The notes: generated from the sequence alone by a model not told the origin. DNA of 64,000 nucleotides from Nanobdellati archaeon (GCA_015520605.1 WAPT01000001.1:14721-78720), one strand, 5' to 3'. Positions 1-10,375 are shown, counted from the first letter of the stretch. Translations and numbers: made by a program.

Positions 1-1147
1 CTCTCTCCTCCTCGCTATTGTAGACCACCATTACAACGAGGTCATCATCACTGCATTCCATTTTTTTCATGAGGGCTGTTATCTCTTCCTTGCTGATGCG
101 ATACTTTTCCAACTTTTCGTCGGTGTGGATTATCCCTTTCATTTTCGTTTTTGCTTTCACGTAGTCGGCAACTTCCCTCCCAACAGTTCTGAAAGAATTC
201 AACTCTCTGACAAAATAGCCAGCCATCCCCTCTATTTTCATTGCGAGGACCTTCTTACCTCTGACGATCCTGCTTTGAGAAGTTGTGAACACATCGCTAA
301 CATCAACGAAGAATGAGAACTTTATTTCCCTCTTTTTCAGCTCTTCCACGAGCTTTATCAGGCTGAGCTGCCTTTTGACTTCTTCCTTAACAAGACTCTC
401 CAGAATGGAAAGATCCTGCACACCCTTAACTTCAATCCTGGCTCCTCCTTTCACCGATATGTTCACATCCTGTCTTATGCTCCCTATACCTCTCATCACC
501 TTACCTGTGAGTCTCAACAACGTTCCGAGGGTTCTTGCGGCTTCCACCACTTTTTGCGGGGTGTCAAGCACAGGTGCTGTTGCTATCTCTATGAGAGGTA
601 TCCCGAGTCTGTTGAGCCCGTAAAGAACATGGTCATCGCCTTTCTCCAGAATTTGCGCGCTCTCCTCTTCAAGACATATCGTGGTTATGGGCACTTCTCC
701 AAAGCTACACTTTAGCCTGCCATCCATACCTATCATAGCTGTCCTCTGGAACCCGCTGGTGTTGGAGCCATCTATAACTATCTTCCTCATGAAGTGCACC
801 TCATCAACAATCTCCGCGTCAAGTAAAAGCGCTATCTCAAGGGCTATGCGTAGCGCTTCCTCATTTACGTTATGTGGTGGCTCCTCGTCACACTCTACAA
901 GGCATGAGCTTTTCCTGTACATCCTGTAAATGTACCTTCTACCCTTCTGAAACTCGTGAAGCGCTGCTGGATCTATCTCTCCAAGCTCGCTTTTACTCAC
1001 CCTCAAATACCTGAAAAACTCGCCGTCACTTTCGTCTTCAAGCAAGGATTGGCAGTTACAGAAGAGCTTCCTCGTTTTCAGTCTGCGGTGGATCTCAATC
1101 CCGCATTTCAATCCAACGGAACTGTAATCAATATCTTCCACGCCCAT
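1..1147 (-). CDS. gatE: Glu-tRNA(Gln) amidotransferase subunit E (runs off the left edge of the window)
   Basis: Not in the ORF track. Manual translation from ATG 1147 gives MGVEDIDYSSVGLKCGIEIHRRLKTRKLFCNC, and later IVIDGSNTSGFQRT, LNRLGIPLIEIAT and RGIGSIRQDVNISV, all GatE/GatB motifs. gatD is nearby. Confidence 0.95.
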   Translation of the reverse strand, partial: MGVEDIDYSSVGLKCGIEIHRRLKTRKLFCNCQSLLEDESDGEFFRYLRVSKSELGEIDPAALHEFQKGRRYIYRMYRKSSCLVECDEEPPHNVNEEALRIALEIALLLDAEIVDEVHFMRKIVIDGSNTSGFQRTAMIGMDGRLKCSFGEVPITTICLEEESAQILEKGDDHVLYGLNRLGIPLIEIATAPVLDTPQKVVEAARTLGTLLRLTGKVMRGIGSIRQDVNISVKGGARIEVKGVQDLSILESLVKEEVKRQLSLIKLVEELKKREIKFSFFVDVSDVFTTSQSRIVRGKKVLAMKIEGMAGYFVRELNSFRTVGREVADYVKAKTKMKGIIHTDEKLEKYRISKEEITALMKKMECSDDDLVVMVVYNSEEER

Positions 1148-1171
1148 TTCGCTTCACCGTGCTTTCCAGAT

Positions 1172-1744
1172 TCAGCTTATTGCCTTCGCCACCTCCTCAA
1201 GGAACTTTTTCGCAAGCTCATGACTCTCTTTAGCGAGCTCCTTGCTCCTCTCAAAAAACAACGAGCCATACGCTCTGGAAATGAACTTGGATGCGTTCCT
1301 TAAAATATCTGCCGAATCCCTGTAAGTTGGAAGTCTGGATGCTGTGATTATGAATTTTATCAGTCCGTGAGGGGAACATCTCTCCACATTTTCAGCATCA
1401 CTAACAACTCTCTCTTCCAAACTCTCAGGCATGCCTTCTTGTGCCCATACTCTGAAGTCGTGCTTTTTTATCGCGCTGCATATTGCGGCTCTCCTATCAG
1501 CAGAGACACTCAAATCCTTCAGAATTCGTTCTGCTGCTACAGCGCTTTCCTCAGCATGGGTCATTACATTTTTGCCATCAAAAGCAACATCATGGAGAAG
1601 GGCAGCCACCCTCACAATCGTTTTGTTTGCTCCGACACTTTCTGCAATCTCTTCGGCAAGCTCCATCACTCTGAGCGCGTGAGGGTAACCGAAAAGAGCG
1701 TCATGCCCAAGTCTAGCCTTCACTATACGGTGTAGCTCTTCCAT
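1172..1744 (-). CDS. HD-domain phosphohydrolase
   Basis: HALRV...AALLHD...HAEES...KH...SDA HD motif set. Confidence 0.85.
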   Translation of the reverse strand: MEELHRIVKARLGHDALFGYPHALRVMELAEEIAESVGANKTIVRVAALLHDVAFDGKNVMTHAEESAVAAERILKDLSVSADRRAAICSAIKKHDFRVWAQEGMPESLEERVVSDAENVERCSPHGLIKFIITASRLPTYRDSADILRNASKFISRAYGSLFFERSKELAKESHELAKKFLEEVAKAIS

Positions 1745-1994
1745 AGCTTAGCTAAAGGGGAGATAATTTAAAATGTATTTGGACATACCTTTTCTAGTTT
1801 ACGGAGCAATAAAAATTTTAGAAGATTTAGAAAAACTTGTTTTAATTCTCACCTAAGAGTCCTAAAGTGATGATTCCATATAGGAGTTGGATGTTTTCTT
1901 GAATGGGTGGAAGAAAAGTTCGAAACATCATACCTCAGAGCGGGGTGCGATTATCCAAGATTTATTAAAAAATTTTTGTTCTAAAATGAAAGGC

Positions 1995-3350
1995 ATGACC
2001 ACTTATTCTAAAAGGGTCGAGGAGTTACTTGGAAAAGCTGGGGCTGATGAAGGAGACATTGTGAAGGTTGAGCTTAAAACTGGAAAAACTTACGAAGGTC
2101 TGCTGATGCCGCGAACAGGCTTTGGCAATAAAGACTGTCTTATCTTGAAGCTCAAAAACGGTTACAACATAGGAATTCTTATGGATAAAATCAAAAGCAT
2201 CGAAGTTATTAAGAAAGCTGAGAAAAGAAAAGCAACACCCTCTACAAAATCCAGAAAAAAAACAGGTAGCAGGAAGTTAAAGAAGGTTTCCATACTCCAT
2301 ACCGGAGGCACGATAGCATCACGTGTGGATTATGAAACTGGAGGGGTTAAAGCTCTCTTCACTCCAGAAGACCTCATAGATCTCTTCCCCGAAATTGAAA
2401 ATTATGCTGAGATAAGCTCAAGACTCATAGCCAATGCCCTAAGTGAGAATCTGAGGTTTGAGCATTATAACATCATGATAGATGCGATAGTGGAGGAGAT
2501 AAAGAAAGGTACGGATGGCATAATTCTGACTCACGGCACGGACACGATGGCTTATACCGCCTCAGCATTAGCTTTCGCGTTCGAGAACCTCCCTGTCCCG
2601 ATAATTCTTGTGGGTGCGCAGCGCAGCTCGGACAGGCCGAGCAGTGATGCTGCCATTAACCTTATAGCTGCTGTGCAGTTTATAACCGGTACAGACTTCT
2701 GCGATGTGGGTATATGCATGCATGCAACAACCAGCGATGACTTCTGCCACATACTCCCAGCTTGCAAAACTCGTAAGATGCACACTTCAGCAAGGTATGC
2801 TTTTCAGGCCATAAACTCCCTACCATACGCTAAAGTGTGGCCGAAGGAAGAAAAAATAGAGTTTTTGAGGGACGATTACAGGAGAAGAAGCGATGTAAAG
2901 GACAAGCTAATCGTCAGAAAATTCAACCCTGCTGTGAAGGTGGGTGTTCTCAAAGCTCACCCAAACATGCTTCCGGAGGAAATAATGGTGTTTAAGGGCT
3001 TTGACGGCCTGGTTATAGAAGGTACTGGACTGGGACACATAGGGATAGAGAGCTTTGATGAGCACAGCAAGGAGAATGAGCGTGTGAGGGAAGCTCTGCA
3101 GGAGGTTATAAATAGTGGGGCTGTCGTTGTGATGACTTCCCAGTGTCTCCATGGTAGAGTTAATATGAACGTTTACAGCACCGGCAGAAAGCTCGTTGAG
3201 ATGGGGGTGCTCGGAAACCTCACGGACATGCTTCCCGAGGTTGCATTCATAAAGCTTGCATGGCTGCTCAGCAACTATCCGAAAGAAAGGGTAAAAGAGC
3301 TCTGGTACGAGAACCTGAGAGGGGAGATCTCCCATAGAACCCTGCAGTAA
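1995..3350 (+). CDS. gatD: Glu-tRNA(Gln) amidotransferase subunit D (start probably 1986 or 1995, not 1887)
   Basis: N-terminal LKLKNGYNIG domain plus asparaginase motifs TGGTIASRVDY, HGTDTM and GAQRSSDRPSSD. Confidence 0.97.
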   Translation: MTTYSKRVEELLGKAGADEGDIVKVELKTGKTYEGLLMPRTGFGNKDCLILKLKNGYNIGILMDKIKSIEVIKKAEKRKATPSTKSRKKTGSRKLKKVSILHTGGTIASRVDYETGGVKALFTPEDLIDLFPEIENYAEISSRLIANALSENLRFEHYNIMIDAIVEEIKKGTDGIILTHGTDTMAYTASALAFAFENLPVPIILVGAQRSSDRPSSDAAINLIAAVQFITGTDFCDVGICMHATTSDDFCHILPACKTRKMHTSARYAFQAINSLPYAKVWPKEEKIEFLRDDYRRRSDVKDKLIVRKFNPAVKVGVLKAHPNMLPEEIMVFKGFDGLVIEGTGLGHIGIESFDEHSKENERVREALQEVINSGAVVVMTSQCLHGRVNMNVYSTGRKLVEMGVLGNLTDMLPEVAFIKLAWLLSNYPKERVKELWYENLRGEISHRTLQ

Positions 3351-3354
3351 ATCA

Positions 3355-4791
3355 CTACTCAATTGTCTTTGCAAGGTATTTCTGGTAAGCGGAATAAAGG
3401 GCTCTCTTGCACACGCTTGTGTTTATGCACTCAAAGCCGAAGACATACTCAAGTGTTTTTTCATTAAAATAATCTTCAAGCTCTACTCCAAGCTTTCTTG
3501 CCGCAGCTATCCAACCTGTATAGCTCAGCCCGTACCTATATGCTTGGAGCAGCATCTTTCCAACCTTCTCATCTCCGATACTAAGCAAGGTCTGTATGGC
3601 TGCTCTTTTGGGGTTGGTAAAGTGTGCTCTTACTCTAAGCTTTTTCCTCAACAGTTTGTTCCTTCCACTGAGAACATCCACACCCTCAAAGGGTGCGAAC
3701 TGCAGTGGTGTGTGCGGCTTTGGAATGAAGATGGAAAATGTGCACTTAACTCTCATCCCCGCAAGAGAGGAGCACAGGTTTACAAGATCGGCGCAAGCTT
3801 CAAGATCCTTGTCCTGCTCAGCGGGCAGACCCACCATAAAATAGAGTTTGAGATTTCTTGCTCCGCACAGCTTTGCTGTCCTCGCAGCCCTCAAAACATC
3901 CTCATCGCTGAACTTTTTGCCGAGCTCAAATCTTATCCTTTCGGAACTTTCCGGAGCGATTGTAATCGTTCTTGGCTTTATCAGCTTTAGCACATCTCTA
4001 TATTCGTGGATGTCCGAAACATGAATGGACGGCATGCCAATCTCATAACCCGCCTTACGAAGGTAGGTGATTATATCTGGTAATTCTGGATTTGAGAAGG
4101 GATCCGAGCCTATAAGCATTACCTTCTCAACACTTCCCTTCTTTACTCTACTCAAAGCTAACCTGATATCATCCAGACTTCTGTATCTGCACCTCCCTCT
4201 AGTCCATCCAATGAGGCAGAAGAGACATCTCCTTCTGCAACCTCTCTGCACCTCTATCATTACCGTTCCATCCACAGTGGCAAGAGGTGATCTCTCACCC
4301 TCCAGATCACATACTGCTGTCTTTATCTCACATCTCCCTTCATAAAAAACATTTTCATGCCACACCACCGTGTCCATAATCTCTTGGAGTGTTAGGGTTC
4401 CCTTCCTTTCCTTCTTCTCCTTCAGAGTACGGAAAAGCGCCTCTCCATCTCCTATGAAAAAGAAATCAGCAACATGCTTTAACGGTAGAGGGTTGACTGT
4501 TGTTGGACCTCCAACAAGAAGTTTTGGAAAGTCTCTATTTTCCTTTTGAAGACTCAGCCCCCCTTTATCTATCATCTGAAGAAGTATCGGATAATTGTTC
4601 TCGTAGTGAGAGCTAACCATTATCAGCCTGTGTTCCGACATTAGCCCGAGGTTTATGGAGTCTGCAAAGTAAACCCTGCTTCTTATTCCGAGTCTCTCGA
4701 GTTCTTCTTGCAGGAAATGGATGGATAGCGCCTCTCTTCCGACTTTTTTCTCCGCTGGATAAATTATACCAACCACATCGTTCATTTTCAA
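3355..4791 (-). CDS. Radical SAM protein with N-terminal B12-binding-like domain
   Basis: IEVQRGCRRRCLFC (CxxxCxxC), GGP...IGDGE, TIAPES, KLYFMVGLP, FIPKPHTP. Confidence 0.85.
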   Translation of the reverse strand: MKMNDVVGIIYPAEKKVGREALSIHFLQEELERLGIRSRVYFADSINLGLMSEHRLIMVSSHYENNYPILLQMIDKGGLSLQKENRDFPKLLVGGPTTVNPLPLKHVADFFFIGDGEALFRTLKEKKERKGTLTLQEIMDTVVWHENVFYEGRCEIKTAVCDLEGERSPLATVDGTVMIEVQRGCRRRCLFCLIGWTRGRCRYRSLDDIRLALSRVKKGSVEKVMLIGSDPFSNPELPDIITYLRKAGYEIGMPSIHVSDIHEYRDVLKLIKPRTITIAPESSERIRFELGKKFSDEDVLRAARTAKLCGARNLKLYFMVGLPAEQDKDLEACADLVNLCSSLAGMRVKCTFSIFIPKPHTPLQFAPFEGVDVLSGRNKLLRKKLRVRAHFTNPKRAAIQTLLSIGDEKVGKMLLQAYRYGLSYTGWIAAARKLGVELEDYFNEKTLEYVFGFECINTSVCKRALYSAYQKYLAKTIE

Positions 4792-4815
4792 TGATTTTTC
4801 AAGTAAATTTTAATT

Positions 4816-5526
4816 TCAGCTCGCTTCTCTTGTTTCCAGCTCGAGATAATCAGCATAGCTGGGGAGGGTTATGAGAAGTTCAAACTCCGTATCATTGACC
4901 ACAAGATGTGCTATCACCCTTCCTCGCGGTAGATTATTTCCGTACATTTCGGCATAAATATAGCCTGTAGCATTTTCAAACACACTATCCACAAGGACCC
5001 TCACCGTGCCATTAAACGTAACGTTTTCCTTTAACAGTTTTACACCTGCGATGATCCTGCTCATATTTATCTGCTGCCAGTTATCGGGGGTTCCTGCCTT
5101 GGTTATGTTCACCTCAAGATATGAGTTCCTCATTGTGATCACATTCCCATTATCCACCACACTAACATCGTCACCTTCCGCTATTATGATGTTCCCTTCC
5201 CGAATCATAGCACTCCTTGCCACAAGCGGAGTGTCTGTTTTCATCCTGAACTCTATTAGATTTGAGCGGTTATCAATGATCAGCACACCCCTCCTTATAA
5301 CCAGCGGGACAACTCTGGTGGAACCCTTACCTTCAGCGATGATTTCCTGGAGCGATGTCGCGAGATCATGCATCATGGTCTTAGCACTTTCAAACGCCGC
5401 TTTGTCCCTAAGTGATTGAACGTAGGGAGTTATCGTGCTTATTAGGATTGCTATCACAACGATTGCGATGGTCATGTAGAGCGTTCCCGCAAGAAGGGGC
5501 GATACAGCCTTTCTTTTTCTCAGCAT
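4816..5526 (-). CDS. Archaeal type IV pilin-like protein (class III signal peptide)
   Basis: MLRKRKA|VSPLLA followed by a hydrophobic helix. Confidence 0.8.
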   Translation of the reverse strand: MLRKRKAVSPLLAGTLYMTIAIVVIAILISTITPYVQSLRDKAAFESAKTMMHDLATSLQEIIAEGKGSTRVVPLVIRRGVLIIDNRSNLIEFRMKTDTPLVARSAMIREGNIIIAEGDDVSVVDNGNVITMRNSYLEVNITKAGTPDNWQQINMSRIIAGVKLLKENVTFNGTVRVLVDSVFENATGYIYAEMYGNNLPRGRVIAHLVVNDTEFELLITLPSYADYLELETREAS

Positions 5527-5652
5527 GATTTTTTGTTAGATTCCAACAAATATATGTGTATGTGTATTCGCGCTCAGAGTGATCTTCACGATCAATCAAG
5601 AATTGATGGCAAGGTCGCAGCTGCTGAGATTCCGGAAATGCAAGTCCGTTTT

Positions 5653-5877
5653 TCACTTCACATGGATATCGACAATTTCACCCAGCCGGATCACAGATTT
5701 TATTATTTCTGACTTGTCGGTAAAAAGGCTTACCATTCCGTCCCTGTGTTTCTTTAATACAATCTCCACTCGTTTTTCCACCGGACTGGCAAACACAGTT
5801 CCGTTGGGAAGCTCTATTTTTTCGTAACCTTCCAGTTCCAGCTCCGGTTCATTCTTCAGCACAATCTCCACGATCAT
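5653..5877 (-). CDS. Small hypothetical protein
   Basis: 74-aa ORF with natural composition; TTTATAAA box about 25 bp upstream (5900-5907). Confidence 0.65.
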   Translation of the reverse strand: MIVEIVLKNEPELELEGYEKIELPNGTVFASPVEKRVEIVLKKHRDGMVSLFTDKSEIIKSVIRLGEIVDIHVK

Positions 5878-5999
5878 TAACTTTACTAGTAGTTAAACGT
5901 TTATAAAGATTTTAAATATTTCACACGCAACCCGCGGATCTCAAAACAGGGACATCGCGAGATATTCCCGTAGCATCATCCCTGTAGTGTGTGACCGGT

Positions 6000-6584
6000 T
6001 CAGCAGGGTGTGAGTGTTCTTGTGGTGATGATCCTGGTGTTTCCCGCAAGATCGGTGGCGATCACCACAATACCTCCGTAATATTCTGTCTTCATCTCAG
6101 CGCGGAAGCACATGTCTGTATCCACACTATATACCCTAAAAGTGATATTTGCGGGAAGCGTTATGGAATAAGTCACCTCCTCGCGTTTCACATCCCAGGG
6201 TAGAAGGGGCGATGCAAAGACAATATTCCCATTCACATCCAGATAAAAGTTGGTTGTGTTTTCATTTCCATTGAAGAAAAGAAGGTCATAACCTGTGCCG
6301 TTTCTCTCCACCTCAAAAACGAACACGCTGACATTTTCACCTCTCTCTTTTAGTAGGGAAGATACCTCATCGTAAAATGAGACCACGGCATATCCATCGG
6401 TTTGCTTATCAGCCAGCATCGCTACCAGCGATTGGTCGAGGAATGTTCTGAACGCTTCCCTGCTCGTTGAGATGGTCAGAAAACTCGTTCTTCTTCCCAT
6501 CCGAGGTACGGTCAGCAGTGATGACAGAACGAGGATGACCATTAAAGCCCCTATGATGAGCCACTGTCCCTTCCTCACTTTCAT
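6000..6584 (-). CDS. Pilin-like protein (class III signal peptide)
   Basis: MKVRKG|QWLIIG plus hydrophobic helix; 4-bp overlap with the upstream gene. Confidence 0.7.
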   Translation of the reverse strand: MKVRKGQWLIIGALMVILVLSSLLTVPRMGRRTSFLTISTSREAFRTFLDQSLVAMLADKQTDGYAVVSFYDEVSSLLKERGENVSVFVFEVERNGTGYDLLFFNGNENTTNFYLDVNGNIVFASPLLPWDVKREEVTYSITLPANITFRVYSVDTDMCFRAEMKTEYYGGIVVIATDLAGNTRIITTRTLTPC

Positions 6585-7210
6585 TCGATTACCACCCTGA
6601 TCTCGGCGTAATTTTGAGCATCCATAACCACGGGATAATAAACCTGTGCCACGTTATCAGTATCCTGGGTGTTGTTCCCACACACAGATTCCTTTCTCAC
6701 CACGATCCAGGCCGGGTTGGTGCAAGAAACGGAAAGGTATACCAGCCCCTCCAGACTGGGTGGAATTTCGATTCTGTAAAGTCTTGTGACCGTATAGTTC
6801 CCGAGTGTTGTGGAATTAACCTTAAAAAAGCACGATGTCAGGGTGGTCTCCACCGGGATGACGTCTATGTATGCTGTTTCGTTCTCCGCTATAATAAGAT
6901 TAAGGGATGTGGAAAGGTTCGCAACTATGGCTTTTAAGCTCAGCATACCGATGTCAACATAGACCTTTTTTACCCCCACGTACGGTTGAACTATTCTCTT
7001 TATGCCTCCGGCATCACAGCTGATGGTATAATTTTGCAGCAGTGAAGCCCGTGCTGCGAAATCCATAATCTTCGAAAGCTTTTCGGTGTATATCCAATTG
7101 TCCCCCGTTTCTTTTTCCGGTAGAAGCAGCCACACCACAAAAGAGATAAGCAGCATTCCTGCTATAACACCCTCAATTATGTGAATGTAGCCCTTACGTC
7201 CTATCTCCAT
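6581..7210 (-). CDS. Pilin-like protein (class III signal peptide)
   Basis: RKG|YIHIIEG plus hydrophobic helix; many NxS/T sequons. Confidence 0.7.
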   Translation of the reverse strand: MEIGRKGYIHIIEGVIAGMLLISFVVWLLLPEKETGDNWIYTEKLSKIMDFAARASLLQNYTISCDAGGIKRIVQPYVGVKKVYVDIGMLSLKAIVANLSTSLNLIIAENETAYIDVIPVETTLTSCFFKVNSTTLGNYTVTRLYRIEIPPSLEGLVYLSVSCTNPAWIVVRKESVCGNNTQDTDNVAQVYYPVVMDAQNYAEIRVVIE

Positions 7211-8400
7211 AACCTGATCACCATATCGACCGGAGTTATTGTTCCGTTCTCATAAAGCAATATGCCGGTGTATTTTCTCACCCAGATGTTGGTGAAGAGA
7301 GGTTCCTTTTTCCCGAATGTGAAATTCCCGATGGTTACATTGAAATCGAAGCCTGTAACCCCCGAGTCCTCCTTTATTTTCTCATATGTGCTGTTCTTGA
7401 TGCTGTTTAACGTGTTATCGCTCCAGATTCTCAACAAATAACGTCCTGCAACCGCCGTGGAGGAGTTGGTGAACAGCAAATTCTCACAATCTCCACAATT
7501 AACAGCACCATCACAGAAGTATATTTCTGTTCTTTTTGTGTTCTCAAAGCTCACCCGTATGGTCAGGGTTCCAACCCTTACATTGCATGCGGAACTGTCG
7601 GTCAGAAAGTTCATGTTTACGCCCGTGTTGGTATCGTAAAGGGAAATGAAACCGGTGCTCACAGCATAATTCCAGCCGTTTACCAATGTGGTTGATGATG
7701 ACCCATCATACAATGTATCAAAGTCCCTTACAAGCACGAATGTGTAATTCTGGGGGTTCTCGGATATCAGCCATAGTCTCGGTGAGTAGGCATCCATGAT
7801 GAGTTCCGTTGTGTTGAAGTCCAGCTCGATGAACGAGCACCCGTAGATAGAGCGCTGAAAGTTTGAGGGCATGAGCACGGGTTGAAATAGATAATTTGTG
7901 CCGTTGAAGTCCAGGGACGTTATGGAAGCTGTGCCGTATCCCACTTCTAGATACGTGTTCAGTATGCTATTCGTCCCTTCCCCGAGGTCGGACACGCATC
8001 CGTATGTTTTTATATCCCCGGAAGATACGCAGAGAAACGGCAATCCCGTGGTCACCACACTCCTTATTTTCCCGTCATGCACACCGACGGGAAGTGTTCT
8101 ATTTTTCTGAAAGCATGTGGTTATGGATGAGTTAGCGGCTGTAAACTCAACTGGGTAATGCTCAACGCGGCATCCATTCACGACCCCCATATATGCCTCT
8201 GCGTCCGTGCTGAAAGCTTCGGCGACCCTTAGTATCTGGGCTGCCGCTAATCCTGGATCGTGTCTCTGAAAGGTGACCAGATACTTCGCGTTAAGAAATT
8301 TTAATGAAATTGTGAGCGTTGTCAGAAAGATGATCATTGCCAGAGTCCATTCAAAATATGTTGTGGCCTTTCTCGAATCTCTTATGGTTGTTCTTCTCAT
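7201..8400 (-). CDS. Large pilin-like or minor pilin protein
   Basis: RKA|TTYFEW (E at +5) plus hydrophobic helix; Cys pairs and NxS/T sequons. Confidence 0.65.
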   Translation of the reverse strand: MRRTTIRDSRKATTYFEWTLAMIIFLTTLTISLKFLNAKYLVTFQRHDPGLAAAQILRVAEAFSTDAEAYMGVVNGCRVEHYPVEFTAANSSITTCFQKNRTLPVGVHDGKIRSVVTTGLPFLCVSSGDIKTYGCVSDLGEGTNSILNTYLEVGYGTASITSLDFNGTNYLFQPVLMPSNFQRSIYGCSFIELDFNTTELIMDAYSPRLWLISENPQNYTFVLVRDFDTLYDGSSSTTLVNGWNYAVSTGFISLYDTNTGVNMNFLTDSSACNVRVGTLTIRVSFENTKRTEIYFCDGAVNCGDCENLLFTNSSTAVAGRYLLRIWSDNTLNSIKNSTYEKIKEDSGVTGFDFNVTIGNFTFGKKEPLFTNIWVRKYTGILLYENGTITPVDMVIRLWR

Positions 8401-8423
8401 GCTCCCAAAACCCCCTCCTCCCG

Positions 8424-8984
8424 TTATCTTATTCTTATGTTTATCATAGTCGAATTGTACACCTTCCCTTCATTTCTCAATACAAGCGTTGTGGATCCCT
8501 CCGATAAAAACAGATTTCTTTCGAATGAACACGATTCGCACGGTATCATGATCCTGATCACAAAGTCTTTCGATAACCAGTCCTGCCCGTACCCGAACGT
8601 CGGGACGGCATCATCCGGAACCTCGCCAAAGTAAATGGACTTGCTCCTCCTTTCTATCTTTGAGTTATCTTTGGCTGTAAAAAAAATGTACATCTTGGAT
8701 TCCAGTGGAGTAACAACGCTAACACCTGCTGATGTGTTCTGCCAGCTGGAATTATAGGTGGAGAAAAGCAGGATTCCGGCAGAATAGCTGTCAGTATTTC
8801 CGTAAACTAAGGGTACCTCATCGCTCCTGTGGGTTTCGGTGAAGTTGCTCAAAATTTCAACTGAAAGCGACCGTGCTGAGATGTTCTGCGCCTTAACAAA
8901 GACGGACAAGAGCGTGATGAGCACAGCTCCGACTATGACAAGCATGAATGAGATGAGAAGCGCTGAAGCTCTTGCTGTTTTCAT
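8424..8984 (-). CDS. Pilin-like or secreted protein
   Basis: MKTARA|SALL plus hydrophobic helix; first gene of the cluster. Confidence 0.6.
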   Translation of the reverse strand: MKTARASALLISFMLVIVGAVLITLLSVFVKAQNISARSLSVEILSNFTETHRSDEVPLVYGNTDSYSAGILLFSTYNSSWQNTSAGVSVVTPLESKMYIFFTAKDNSKIERRSKSIYFGEVPDDAVPTFGYGQDWLSKDFVIRIMIPCESCSFERNLFLSEGSTTLVLRNEGKVYNSTMINIRIR

Positions 8985-9049
8985 GAAGAGGTAAATGGAT
9001 TCGGAACAATAAAAAATTTGACAACCACATGCTTTATTTGGTGATAAAA

Positions 9050-10375
9050 ATGAATGAGAGCGTTTTGCTTGAAAACTGTTCGTGGATAGTGACGCAGAAC
9101 GGAAATCGGGATGTTTTGAGGGACAAATACATAATCATCGAGGACGGTAAGATAAAGGCGATTACGGGTCATGTTGAAAGTAGCAGAAGATTCGACAGGG
9201 TCATAGATTGCAAAGGCAGGGTTGTTCTTCCCGCACTGATAAACGGGCACACGCATGCCGCAATGACCCTTATGAGAGGGTACAACGACGATGCGGAGCT
9301 TCACGAATGGCTGGACTCAGTGTGGAGGGTCGAGGCAAAGCTGACAGGAAGGGATGTTGAAGCCGGTACGTTGCTTGCCTGTCTTGAAATGCTTAAAACG
9401 GGCACGTGCTGCTTTGTGGACATGTACTTTTTCATGGAGGATGCTGCAAAAGCTGTTGAAAAAGCTGGGATAAAGGCCTTGCTTGGCTACGGCATGCTTG
9501 ATTTTGGTAATGAAGAAAAGAGAAAGGAAGAGCTCAAGGAGTGTAAAAGGCTCCTCGAGCTTCTCAAGAAAAAAAGCAACAGAAGACTAAGAGGTGTTGT
9601 GGCCCCCCATGCAATTTATACATGCTCCGCTGAGCTACTGCAGGAAGCCATGGAAATAGCAAAAAGTTATGGCGTGCTTTACACAATTCACCTTTCCGAA
9701 ACAAGAAAGGAGGTGCACGAGTGCTTCAGAACTCACAGAAAGTATCCAGTTGAGTATCTTGATGACCTCGGAGTGCTCAATGACAGGTTTGTTGGGTTCC
9801 ATGCAGCTTGGCTTACAAGAAACGAGATATCCCTCCTTGCGAGAAAAGGTGGGGGGGTGGTGCATTGCCCTGTGTCTAACATGAAGCTGGCGACGGGTGG
9901 TGCTTTTCCGTTCAGAGAGTACCTCAAAGCGGGAGTGCTCACAGCGCTTGGCACGGATGGAGCGTGCTCAAACAACAGCCTGAACATGCTTGAGGAGATG
10001 AAATTTGCCGCACTCCTACAGAAGTGGTTCAGATGGAACGCAAGGGAAATGAGCGCACAGCAAGCTTTGGACATGGCAACTGTAAACGCGTCAAAATTGT
10101 TCCGGCTCAATAATGGTAGTGTCGAACCCGGAAAAGATGCGGATCTCCTCGTTCTAAATGCAAGCTCATGCTTTATGCTCCCTTATCATAATGTGGTTTC
10201 AAACATCGTTTACGCTTCTTCCTACTTCACCGTTGAGCACGTGTTGATCGATGGTGAGGTTGTGATAGAGCAGGGGAGGCATACCGCTTTAGATGAAGAG
10301 GAGGTTATAAGCACCTTCCTGAAGAGGGTCGAAAGCCTAATGGAAAGAGCCGAAACGGGGGATGAGAAGCAATGA
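9050..10375 (+). CDS. Amidohydrolase, MTA/SAH (5'-deoxyadenosine) deaminase family
   Basis: LINGHTHAAM, IHLSET, HCPVSNMKLA, LGTDGACSNN; GGTGA RBS before ATG 9050. Confidence 0.88.
   Translation: MNESVLLENCSWIVTQNGNRDVLRDKYIIIEDGKIKAITGHVESSRRFDRVIDCKGRVVLPALINGHTHAAMTLMRGYNDDAELHEWLDSVWRVEAKLTGRDVEAGTLLACLEMLKTGTCCFVDMYFFMEDAAKAVEKAGIKALLGYGMLDFGNEEKRKEELKECKRLLELLKKKSNRRLRGVVAPHAIYTCSAELLQEAMEIAKSYGVLYTIHLSETRKEVHECFRTHRKYPVEYLDDLGVLNDRFVGFHAAWLTRNEISLLARKGGGVVHCPVSNMKLATGGAFPFREYLKAGVLTALGTDGACSNNSLNMLEEMKFAALLQKWFRWNAREMSAQQALDMATVNASKLFRLNNGSVEPGKDADLLVLNASSCFMLPYHNVVSNIVYASSYFTVEHVLIDGEVVIEQGRHTALDEEEVISTFLKRVESLMERAETGDEKQ

Noticed and set aside
125-1735. Plus-strand ORFs in the track over the first 1.7 kb
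   Set aside because: Antisense shadows of gatE and the HD gene. The same applies to most short antisense ORFs over housekeeping genes throughout the window.
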